From positions 1 to 64,000 of IMG/VR virus record IMGVR_UViG_3300009787_000007: a stretch of DNA of 64,000 bases. The stretch is one strand, 5' to 3'. Positions 9,820-18,212 of the stretch are shown piece by piece (position 1 is the stretch's first letter; every line of letters begins with the position of its first letter). The stretch is from a virus. Lineage: Duplodnaviria > Caudoviricetes. Below the pieces are notes generated by a model. That model saw only the letters and a program-made list of their open reading frames with translations. It made no database searches and was not told where the DNA came from. Both the position numbers and the translations under genes were made by a program.

Positions 9820-10251
9820 ATGAAGTACACAAGAGCATTAAAACATAGTGATTATAAACTTAGCTTAGATCAAGTTAAAGCTAAACAACCTAATACTAAT
9901 GTAATAAATATAGAAACTACTAAGTTAGAAGCTGAATATTATGCTAATAGAGATATTACAGTAATTAATTTAGATAAAGAAATTATAGCTATAGATAACA
10001 CTTTAGCTACTATAGATAGTCTTAAGCGTTTAGAGAAGAGTCTAAAAGCTAGAAAGAAGACATTAGTTAAATGTAAGAGTGAATTAGACAGTTTAAATAT
10101 AGAGAAAGAAGAAGATAAAATAGACTTTACAGTTAACACACTATCTGATATAGTAGAATTAGATAATTCAGAGTTAGAAAAGATTAAATCTTATACTAGT
10201 TCTGGAATTGAGATAGATATGCAGACTAGAATTAACAATGAATTTAAGTAA
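9820..10251 (+). CDS. hypothetical coiled-coil protein
   Basis: 143-aa ORF with a heptad-like central helix (IIAIDNTLATIDSLKRLEKSLKARKKTL). Confidence 0.65.
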   Translation: MKYTRALKHSDYKLSLDQVKAKQPNTNVINIETTKLEAEYYANRDITVINLDKEIIAIDNTLATIDSLKRLEKSLKARKKTLVKCKSELDSLNIEKEEDKIDFTVNTLSDIVELDNSELEKIKSYTSSGIEIDMQTRINNEFK

Positions 10252-11005
10252 AGAGCAATTAGAGCTTAAAGATAAGCTAGTTAAAGAATTAACAATGGAG
10301 TACAAAGGTATGTATGATAGTGCGATTTTAGATAATTTTTATAGTAAATATATTTATCCTAATGGAGTTCCTAAATTACCTATTGAGAAAGGTGGTTTAT
10401 TTGACTATGAAGGATATAGAAATGCTACTAAACCAGAGCAGTATAATACATTTAATTATAATGCTAGTAGAACTAATAATGAGATAGTTAATAGTTTATT
10501 AGAATTATTAAAGGATAAGAACAATGTAGATAATCAGGCTGAGAAGTTAAAAGCAGAAGTAGCTAAAGCTAATTCAATTCCTACTAAACCTAGAGTTGGT
10601 TGTTCAATTCCTAGTAACTTTCCTGTAAAAGAGGTAAAATTAACTGAAGATGAATATAGATTACCTAGAGTTGGTTCTTCAACTAATGATGAATCTAATA
10701 TTTATACTGAATTAGACAGTGAGAAAGTATTAACATTCATTGCAATACTTCCTGGTTTAGCTAAAGATACATTATTAGCTACATTTGAATATGGAGTATT
10801 TAATTTTTATGCTCAATATACTATATTAGATAGTGATACTAAGTTTGAAGTAGCTGATTTAAAATTCACATGGAATGTTAGTGATGAATTAGAGGTAGAT
10901 ATTTCTAAACCTATCTTAACTGACTATACTAATGGTATTTTAACTATTAATCTACCTCTAAAACAAAAGTGTATTTCTAAAAAAGTAGAAATTAAATTAA
11001 ATTAA
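10238..11005 (+). CDS. protein with C-terminal alpha-crystallin/Hsp20 domain
   Basis: C-terminal ILPGLAKDTL...DYTNGILTINLP...KKVEIKLN matches small heat-shock protein motifs; the N-terminal ~150 aa are unassigned. Confidence 0.7.
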   Translation: MNLSKEQLELKDKLVKELTMEYKGMYDSAILDNFYSKYIYPNGVPKLPIEKGGLFDYEGYRNATKPEQYNTFNYNASRTNNEIVNSLLELLKDKNNVDNQAEKLKAEVAKANSIPTKPRVGCSIPSNFPVKEVKLTEDEYRLPRVGSSTNDESNIYTELDSEKVLTFIAILPGLAKDTLLATFEYGVFNFYAQYTILDSDTKFEVADLKFTWNVSDELEVDISKPILTDYTNGILTINLPLKQKCISKKVEIKLN

Positions 11006-11102
11006 CTATAAGTTATATCTAAATTAATTTATATGTTAATATAAAGATAGTTAGTATTATCGTAATATATATATATATATATAAAGATGTACTAGCTTTC
11101 AT

Positions 11103-11175
11103 GCCAGAGGAGAGAAATGGTTTAAATAGCTGGTTCATACCCAGAAGACAGTTGGTTCGATTCCAACCTCTGACA
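11103..11175 (+). tRNA. tRNA-Met(CAT), elongator-like, with degenerate D-stem and no encoded CCA
   Basis: Acceptor GCCAGAG/CTCTGAC (one mismatch); anticodon arm CTGG-TTCATAC-CCAG; T-arm GTTGG-TTCGATT-CCAAC; 73 nt. Confidence 0.8.
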
Positions 11176-11209
11176 TTAGATTACATTATATAAACAAAGG
11201 ATTAAGTAA

Positions 11210-12196
11210 ATGAAGACTATTTATTTAGGTGGTTCTATTGCTGGAATTAGTTATGATCAAGCTACGATATGGAGGAATAGAGTTAGAAAATTACTAACTA
11301 AAGACTTTCAAGTATTTCAAATACTAGATCCAATGAGAGATAAAGAACATTTAAGTGATATAGAATTATTGGATATTGATCATACTACTAGACCTGAAGA
11401 TATATTTAATAGAGATATGTCAGATATAGATAAGTCAGATATAATTCTATGTAATCTAATGACTAAATCTTTAGGTTCACTATTTGAAAATGGATATGCT
11501 TATGCTAAACATAAACCTGTAATATTAGTCATAGATGAAGATTATATAGGTCATCCTTTCTTAATGACACCTAGTAGATACGTCACTACAGATATAGATA
11601 AAGCAGTAATGTATATAAATACTAACTTAAGAGGTATAGTAGATAGAAGTGTATATATAAACTTTATTAATCAAGTACAGATAAATCAAAGACATTATAA
11701 ACTAGAAAAAGATAATTTATTTAAGACATTCAAAGCTGGATTAGCAGAAGAAGTAGCAGAATATATAGAAGCTAAAGAAACATTTACTTATTCTAAAACT
11801 AGTAATAATTTGAATAATTTATTACTAGAAATAGGTGATGTATTTACATATTTAATATTGCTAATAAATGTAGAAACTAATAAGAATAAAACATTTTTAA
11901 ATATACTAACAAAAGCTGAAGTTAGGTATGCAGAACTAAAAAAAATAATTCAGAATAACTATCGTAATATAGATATTCATGATCATGTAAACAAAGCTAG
12001 TTTAATCGTTAATGCTTACCTTAAAAGAGTATTTAGAAACGATAAACTTAGTCCTGAAAGAACATTAATCTCAACTTATACTGAAGCACTAGCTCATATA
12101 TTATTAGCTTGTGATAACCTAAATACTCCTCTAGAATATCTTATGCAACTAAATAGAGAAAAGATTAATAAACGTTTTAGTATAAAACCTAAATAA
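11210..12196 (+). CDS. nucleoside 2-deoxyribosyltransferase/N-glycosidase (NDT/DNPH1-like) fused to a MazG-like NTP pyrophosphatase
   Basis: N-terminal IYLGG, IFNRDMSDIDKSD, GSLFENGYAYAKHKPV; C-terminal LAEEVAEY and LEIGDV, ending LMQLNREKINKRF. Confidence 0.85.
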   Translation: MKTIYLGGSIAGISYDQATIWRNRVRKLLTKDFQVFQILDPMRDKEHLSDIELLDIDHTTRPEDIFNRDMSDIDKSDIILCNLMTKSLGSLFENGYAYAKHKPVILVIDEDYIGHPFLMTPSRYVTTDIDKAVMYINTNLRGIVDRSVYINFINQVQINQRHYKLEKDNLFKTFKAGLAEEVAEYIEAKETFTYSKTSNNLNNLLLEIGDVFTYLILLINVETNKNKTFLNILTKAEVRYAELKKIIQNNYRNIDIHDHVNKASLIVNAYLKRVFRNDKLSPERTLISTYTEALAHILLACDNLNTPLEYLMQLNREKINKRFSIKPK

Positions 12197-12325
12197 TTTA
12201 ATTCATTTATATAAAGATATATATATCTATAATATATCTTAGCTAGTATTTACTTTACCTTTTTAAGCGGTTCAAAGTAAATATTAGTAGATATTAATTC
12301 ATTTAAGCATCCCTAGAGTAACAGA

Positions 12326-12871
12326 TTGAATAAGGTAAATAGTAGATATATGAATACTATCAGTGTAATTAATGGTTACAGTTTAAATTGGAAATTAGGA
12401 TTAGAAGAATATAAATATGGATTTATATTTTATAAAGCTTCTAAGAGTGCTAATAGAGATTGTGATTTATATAGATTATATATAGGTAGAACATTTAGTT
12501 TTTACAATTTAGAAGCTTCTATATTACATAATCCATATAAATTAGATTATGAGAAAGATAGAAAGGATGTAATAGATAAATTTATCAATAGATTTAACAA
12601 GAGAATGGAGAAGAAAGGAGCATTTAGAACTTTAATTAGAGTATTAGTTAAGTTAATGTTACTAGGTGCTGATATTGAATTAGCTTGTTTCTGTAAACCT
12701 AAAGATTGTCATGGAGATCATATAGCTAGTCAAGTTAGTTATTATTACATTCAATGTTATAAACTATTACAAACTAAATTAGGTAATGCTAGTCATATAG
12801 GTTTAGCTCAATTACATCAATTAATAGATGAAATATTAACTAAATATATTGATGAACCTATAGATTACTGA
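12326..12871 (+). CDS. DUF4326-like protein
   Basis: YIGR...LHNPY...RKDVIDKF...LACFCKPKDCHGDHI signature. The start could be the TTG at 12326 or the ATG at 12350. Confidence 0.8.
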   Translation: MNKVNSRYMNTISVINGYSLNWKLGLEEYKYGFIFYKASKSANRDCDLYRLYIGRTFSFYNLEASILHNPYKLDYEKDRKDVIDKFINRFNKRMEKKGAFRTLIRVLVKLMLLGADIELACFCKPKDCHGDHIASQVSYYYIQCYKLLQTKLGNASHIGLAQLHQLIDEILTKYIDEPIDY

Positions 12872-12905
12872 TTTTACAATTACTTTGTTTTTACAATGAT
12901 TCTAA

Positions 12906-15596
12906 TTAAGGTACTGTTCTTACATTGCTTACATTAGAATAAGCACTTACACTATTTGCATTATATCCATATACTCTTACATAGTAAGTTATACTACCTA
13001 TTAAATTAGATAATAATGCAGTAGTTATATTTGTATAAGTATAAGTAGCTGTAGTATCAAGATAGGTAAAAGTATTACTTTGAGATATTTCAATAATATA
13101 ACCTGTAGCACCAGTAATAGCTGAATGAGATAGAATAGCTTGATTATTATTTACAATGGTAATAGAAGTGATTGTAGCAGCAGTAGATAAAGCACTTGGT
13201 AAACTAGGTAAAGCATTAGTAGTAACATTAATATTTTCTACCGTTGTAGTATTACTACCACTAACTCCTGCTGATTTAATATAATAAGTAATTCCAGGTT
13301 CAGCTAAATATTCATAACTACTGTTACTAGTTTCTATATATTTCTCAATATTAATAAAGTCACTTCTTCTACTAATTTCAATTAAATATAATGAATAAGA
13401 ACTATTAAAATTAATTGTAAATCTATCAAATCCTATATTACTTGTACTAGAATTAGCTGCACTTAAACTAGAATTTACTGTTAAGTCAGTTAAACTTGTA
13501 TAGTTATTTGTTAGAAAATATGCTGGTAATGATGGATTACTATAAGCATTTAAAGTTGTATCAAAATACTGAATTGTAATACTATATTCAGTGTTAGCTG
13601 TTAGATTATTTAGATAAACTGTATCTGTATCTCCTATATCTAAAGGTACTATATATCCAGTTAAAGGTGTAAATGTTCCACTAATATTTTTACTAATTTG
13701 TATTTTATAATCAGTTGATATTCCTTTCTTTAATCTAACTATTGCAGTAGTATTAGTAACATATGTATTCATTATCTTAGGATATTGATTATATGTTGAA
13801 ACTATATTACTATATAAACCTTTAATATTACTACTGTTATTATAATAATATCCTCTAATATAATAATTAATATTAGACTGTAATATATTAGCTAACTTAA
13901 ATTCATTGGTTGAACTAGTTATAGCTAAAGGATTATAACCTTGTTTTAAAAATATAAAATTAGCATCTGTAGCTACTTCAATATTATTTAAATTACCAGA
14001 CCATTCTATATACTGCATATCACTAGATATTTGTAAGATAGGACTAGAACTTAATGTAGTAAATTGATTTACACTAGAATTAATCTGATCTCCAGAACTA
14101 GTTACTCCTGTTATAAAATAATTGTAAACTGTATTCGCTTCTAGAAATACATTTAATATATAACTGGTTATATTTCCTATACTTAAATATTTATAATATC
14201 CATTACCTAAATAATTACTAGTTCCTGTAACTGAACTGTCATCTATACTCTTATATACTGTTAATAAATAATTAATATACTCACTGTTACTACTCCAATT
14301 TAATGTTATACTACTATCACTTATACTCGTATTTGTTAATAACGTAATACTAGGTAAAATAGTATTTGTAGTAAAACTACTAACACTAGATACATTTGAA
14401 CATACTGTATTTGATAGTCCAGTTATTCTTATATAATATGTAGTATTAGGTGTTAAACTATTTATATATAAACTATCAACATTACCTGTAAATGTACTAT
14501 ATATAATATTACTGAAATTACTTGTTGTACTTACTTCTATATAGTAATTACTAGCATAACTTCTCTTAACCCAAACTATCTCAACGATAGTTGAATATAA
14601 TACTATCGGTGATAATAATTGTGGTGCATCTAAATTACTATTTACTACTAACGTACTAGCACTAACTACTGTATAAGCACTACTAGTTGTACTATTAACT
14701 GCTAGTATACGTATATAATATAAAGTAGCTGTAGATAGTCCAGTAATGTTAGCATAATTTAGAGTTGTAGTATTATTCTGACTAACAAAAGTAGAAAAAT
14801 TAGGATTTGTACTAACATCATAGTTATAGCTAGTAGCACCTGATATTAAACTCCATTGTACTTGTAATGAAGTTGTATATATATTAGTTATTTGACTAAC
14901 TATAGGACTATCTAAACTAAATGTAAGATTAGCTATTGTATCAGTAGCATCTAATGTCTTGAAATGAATGATATTACTGTAATTCGATAGAGATACCGTA
15001 CTTCCAGATGTTATTTTAGTTCTTACTCTGAAATAATAGTCAGTTAATTCTGACAAAGCATTTACTTGTAGATAGTTATTTGTATTTCCTGTATCTTGTT
15101 CATTAACTACTAACGTTCCTGTACTAAAGTTATATGTTGTACTTACATCTACTAAATATGATGTAGCAGAATTTACTACGTTCCAATTCACTATAGCTGT
15201 AATCTGAGTTAATTCAGTTACACCTATTGCAACAGGTATTTGTACGTTATTAAGCGTTGTAAAGGTAAATGTAGTATAACTTGAACAAGAGTTTTTATTA
15301 CATGTTTGTAATTTTCCGTAGTAAGTAGTATTAGGAGTTAAATTACCTATATTAAATATATTATATCTAATTTCGTTATATATATAAGTATTTACACCTA
15401 GAGGATAATTATATATAAAGTTATTATAAATAGGAGAAGAGTAATCACTATTAACGCTAAGTACGAGATTAAGTTGAGTTATATATTGACTAGGATCAGG
15501 AATTTCTATAACTATATAACAGTTATAGGAATAAGGAATTAGTTGATATATAGAAGGAGGTAAAGCAGGATTAGGAGTAATTAGTACTATTATCTG
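12906..15596 (-). CDS. multi-fibronectin type III (FN3) tail fibre/adhesin, main reading frame
   Basis: About 9 FN3 repeats (W..V..AT.Y...VST..NF...L.PNT.YY.R). Manual translation shows the frame stays open 405 nt upstream of the tracked GTG at 15191, with no ATG, up to a TAA at 15599-15597. Confidence 0.8.
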   Translation of the reverse strand, partial: QIIVLITPNPALPPSIYQLIPYSYNCYIVIEIPDPSQYITQLNLVLSVNSDYSSPIYNNFIYNYPLGVNTYIYNEIRYNIFNIGNLTPNTTYYGKLQTCNKNSCSSYTTFTFTTLNNVQIPVAIGVTELTQITAIVNWNVVNSATSYLVDVSTTYNFSTGTLVVNEQDTGNTNNYLQVNALSELTDYYFRVRTKITSGSTVSLSNYSNIIHFKTLDATDTIANLTFSLDSPIVSQITNIYTTSLQVQWSLISGATSYNYDVSTNPNFSTFVSQNNTTTLNYANITGLSTATLYYIRILAVNSTTSSAYTVVSASTLVVNSNLDAPQLLSPIVLYSTIVEIVWVKRSYASNYYIEVSTTSNFSNIIYSTFTGNVDSLYINSLTPNTTYYIRITGLSNTVCSNVSSVSSFTTNTILPSITLLTNTSISDSSITLNWSSNSEYINYLLTVYKSIDDSSVTGTSNYLGNGYYKYLSIGNITSYILNVFLEANTVYNYFITGVTSSGDQINSSVNQFTTLSSSPILQISSDMQYIEWSGNLNNIEVATDANFIFLKQGYNPLAITSSTNEFKLANILQSNINYYIRGYYYNNSSNIKGLYSNIVSTYNQYPKIMNTYVTNTTAIVRLKKGISTDYKIQISKNISGTFTPLTGYIVPLDIGDTDTVYLNNLTANTEYSITIQYFDTTLNAYSNPSLPAYFLTNNYTSLTDLTVNSSLSAANSSTSNIGFDRFTINFNSSYSLYLIEISRRSDFINIEKYIETSNSSYEYLAEPGITYYIKSAGVSGSNTTTVENINVTTNALPSLPSALSTAATITSITIVNNNQAILSHSAITGATGYIIEISQSNTFTYLDTTATYTYTNITTALLSNLIGSITYYVRVYGYNANSVSAYSNVSNVRTVP

Positions 15597-15696
15597 TTAA
15601 AGTTGTAACAGATATTGTATTAGAGTAATTACTTTCTGAATCAGAATTTAATGCTTTAACTCTTAAGTAGTAAGTAGTATTAGGTAATAGTGACAT
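15571..15696 (-). CDS. 41-aa FN3 C-terminal half; likely true 5' end of the FN3 fibre gene, joined by a +1 frameshift
   Basis: ATG at 15696 gives MSLLPNTTYYLRVKALNSDSESNYSNTISVTTLTDNSTNYS*, ending TCC TAA and overlapping the open frame of the FN3 gene. Confidence 0.65.
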   Translation of the reverse strand: MSLLPNTTYYLRVKALNSDSESNYSNTISVTTLTDNSTNYS

Positions 15697-15729
15697 TTCT
15701 AGGTAATTTATCTTTTACTTAAATGATAT

Positions 15730-16062
15730 TTAATTAATTACTAATGATTTAATTTCAGTAGTAAGTACAGTAGGATAAGTAGAATCATATGTATATGCTA
15801 TATTAGCTGTTATACCTAAAGATGCAGAAGAATAAGCTATTTGACTAACAACTTGATTAGATTGTCCTTTATTAGTATAGGAATAAGTAGTTACTAAATC
15901 ATCTGCACTTAATAATCTTGTCCAGTTAGATATTAAAGCATTATTTACAGAAGCTTTATTTCTAATTATTTCTCCTAAATCATTAACAGTATTATCATTT
16001 ATTAATGCTATATCTAATTGATTAGCATATGCTTGTAATTGAGAACTAGTTGTTATTGCCAT
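15730..16062 (-). CDS. small virion/tail-associated hypothetical protein
   Basis: 110-aa ORF within the fibre cluster with TYSYT/AYTYD beta-strand motifs. Confidence 0.65.
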   Translation of the reverse strand: MAITTSSQLQAYANQLDIALINDNTVNDLGEIIRNKASVNNALISNWTRLLSADDLVTTYSYTNKGQSNQVVSQIAYSSASLGITANIAYTYDSTYPTVLTTEIKSLVIN

Positions 16063-16134
16063 ATTTATAGTTATATTTATATATAATTCGTATTTTAGTT
16101 ACTTATATTTATTATACTTTAGTTACTTCATACT

Positions 16135-16473
16135 TTAGTTATTAGTTCCATTTATAAATGGATAGATTTGCCCTACCGTTGGAATACTACTTTGTGCGGT
16201 AGGTTCGGTCATAGCTGCTCCAACTATAACTGTACTTGAGTAATATAAACCTTTAGTTACAGTGTTTGTAGTAGGAGTTGATGTATTTACTGATGAGTAT
16301 TTAATGCTAGTACTGATTACATATGCTCCTAATGCATTAGCGGTAGTTTCTACTATTGTATTTATAGAAGAATAAGCAATGCTTGTACTACTTTTATAGG
16401 TTCCATTTACAGTACTAGCACTAGTAACAGTATTAGAAGAAGAACTTGCTATATATCCAGTTAATGTAGCCAT
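16135..16473 (-). CDS. small Ser/Thr-rich tail-associated protein
   Basis: 112 aa; the start overlaps the upstream stop (TAATG), implying translational coupling; the C-terminal GQIYP motif is common in fibre proteins. Confidence 0.65.
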   Translation of the reverse strand: MATLTGYIASSSSNTVTSASTVNGTYKSSTSIAYSSINTIVETTANALGAYVISTSIKYSSVNTSTPTTNTVTKGLYYSSTVIVGAAMTEPTAQSSIPTVGQIYPFINGTNN

Positions 16474-17294
16474 TATGCTGTTCTTATACCAAATCCAATT
16501 CCACCAAAACTAACTGGAGCACTAAGTAATGTATACTGTTGGCTTCCTATACTCCATACATCTAATAAGTTCTTATTATAAGCAGCACCAAAGCATATAT
16601 CAGTGCTTGTAGTTCCTGCACTACCAGATAAATAACCTCCACCAGAAGGCTGACCTAATATCAATCCTGTAACTATTTCATACTGATTACTGTTGTTCGG
16701 ATTACTATTTATAAATGAACCAGAGTATACCCAGTAATTACAATAATTACTATTAGTAGTATTAAATGGATTACTACCACAAGCATAATACTCTCCAAAA
16801 CCTTTTGCATTGTTACTATTACCATAAGCATTTGCAGAAAAAGCATATAGATAATTATTCTCATTCCACCAAGTAGGTATATTTGCTGGTCTTAATATGC
16901 CAATAATTGAACTATAGGAACCTTGTACTATAACTACTCCTCTAAATTCAGGATGATTTATTGCAGTTAATGTAATAGCAGTTGAATTATAGTTTAACAT
17001 TGCCCATTGCGAACTAGTGATATATTGTGGATTAGTACCTGTATTAGTAGTATTATTCCATGAATCATATAAGATTGGTTGTATATATTGCCCACTACTA
17101 GTAAAGGCTATATTTAAATACGCAGTACCTTTTGTAGCTGCACTATTATATTGATAATAAAATGTTTGATAATAGGTAGAGTATACACTATAGGAACTAA
17201 ATCCTGCATTTGCCATTGCAGTTTGAAATCCAGCTTGAACAGAGGCTACTGTTAAGGTTGGAGATATTATTGTTTGAGTTAATGTTGCTACCAT
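16473..17294 (-). CDS. putative receptor-binding/tail protein, paralog B
   Basis: 273 aa; colinear paralog of 17345..18160 with shared blocks such as AINHPEFRGV, PANIPTWWN and LDVWSIGSQQYT. Confidence 0.65.
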   Translation of the reverse strand: MVATLTQTIISPTLTVASVQAGFQTAMANAGFSSYSVYSTYYQTFYYQYNSAATKGTAYLNIAFTSSGQYIQPILYDSWNNTTNTGTNPQYITSSQWAMLNYNSTAITLTAINHPEFRGVVIVQGSYSSIIGILRPANIPTWWNENNYLYAFSANAYGNSNNAKGFGEYYACGSNPFNTTNSNYCNYWVYSGSFINSNPNNSNQYEIVTGLILGQPSGGGYLSGSAGTTSTDICFGAAYNKNLLDVWSIGSQQYTLLSAPVSFGGIGFGIRTA

Positions 17295-17344
17295 TTTTAG
17301 TTAGATTTTATAATTAGATTAATTGGGTATGTATATTTATTAAT

Positions 17345-18160
17345 TTATGCTGTTCTGATTCCATATCCTAATCCAGCCATACTTTGTGGATTATTTATAA
17401 TAGTATATTGTTGGCTTCCTATACTCCATACATCTAAACAGTTTTTACCATAAGCAGAACCAAAAGCTAAATCAGTACTTGTAGTTCCTGCTCCTCCTGC
17501 TACATATCCTGCACCTGTAGGTTGAGCTAGCAATATACCAGTAACTACATCATAGTTATAACTGTTATTTGGATTTGGGTTTTCAAATACGTTTGAGCTT
17601 ACTACACTTAAAGCATTATTACCATTAGTAGTATTAAACGGATTGCTGCTACAAGGTAATAAACTTCCCCATCCCCACGAAAAATTAGAACCATTCATAT
17701 GTGGCATAAAAGCATATAGATAATTAGTTTGATTCCACCAAGTAGGAATGTTTGCTGGTACAAATACTCCAAATAGAGAGTAGTTTGTTCCCGATTGCAT
17801 CAGTACTCCTCTAAATTCAGGGTGATTTATTGCAGTAAATACTACTTGTACTGTGTTATTAGAGTTCAAATAATAACTATTTGAAGTAGCATAAGAAGGA
17901 TTAGTGCCTGTATTTGTTCCACTATTCCATGAATCATATAATAATGGATAGAACTGAATATTACTATTTATCTGCATATTTAAATACGCAGTACCTTTAG
18001 TTACTCCACTATTATATTGATAATAAAATGTTTGATAATAGGTAGAGTATACACTATAATGACTAAATCCTGCATTAGTCATTGCAGTTTGAAATCCAGC
18101 TTGAACAGAGGCTACTGTTAAGGTTGGAGATACTGTTGTTTGAGTTAATGTTGCTACCAT
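17345..18160 (-). CDS. putative receptor-binding/tail protein, paralog A
   Basis: 271 aa; tandem paralog of 16473..17294. Confidence 0.65.
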   Translation of the reverse strand: MVATLTQTTVSPTLTVASVQAGFQTAMTNAGFSHYSVYSTYYQTFYYQYNSGVTKGTAYLNMQINSNIQFYPLLYDSWNSGTNTGTNPSYATSNSYYLNSNNTVQVVFTAINHPEFRGVLMQSGTNYSLFGVFVPANIPTWWNQTNYLYAFMPHMNGSNFSWGWGSLLPCSSNPFNTTNGNNALSVVSSNVFENPNPNNSYNYDVVTGILLAQPTGAGYVAGGAGTTSTDLAFGSAYGKNCLDVWSIGSQQYTIINNPQSMAGLGYGIRTA

Positions 18161-18212
18161 CTAATATTTTAGGGCTGTTTATATTTTATAATTATAATAC
18201 TATAATTGTACA

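Noticed and set aside
15697-15732. Read-through fusion of ORF 15730..16062 into the FN3 gene (same frame)
   Set aside because: Two in-frame TAA codons intervene and the 110-aa protein has no FN3 features. The slight NYLEM resemblance to an FN3 strand could be a deletion remnant but is too short to support.
16093-16143. Three short TTTAGTTA repeats upstream of 15730..16062 as operator sites
   Set aside because: Low-complexity AT sequence with irregular spacing.
16473-18160. Diversity-generating retroelement (TR/VR pair) explaining the tandem paralogs
   Set aside because: Differences are not confined to adenines and include indels, both copies are full ORFs, and no reverse transcriptase is present in the window.
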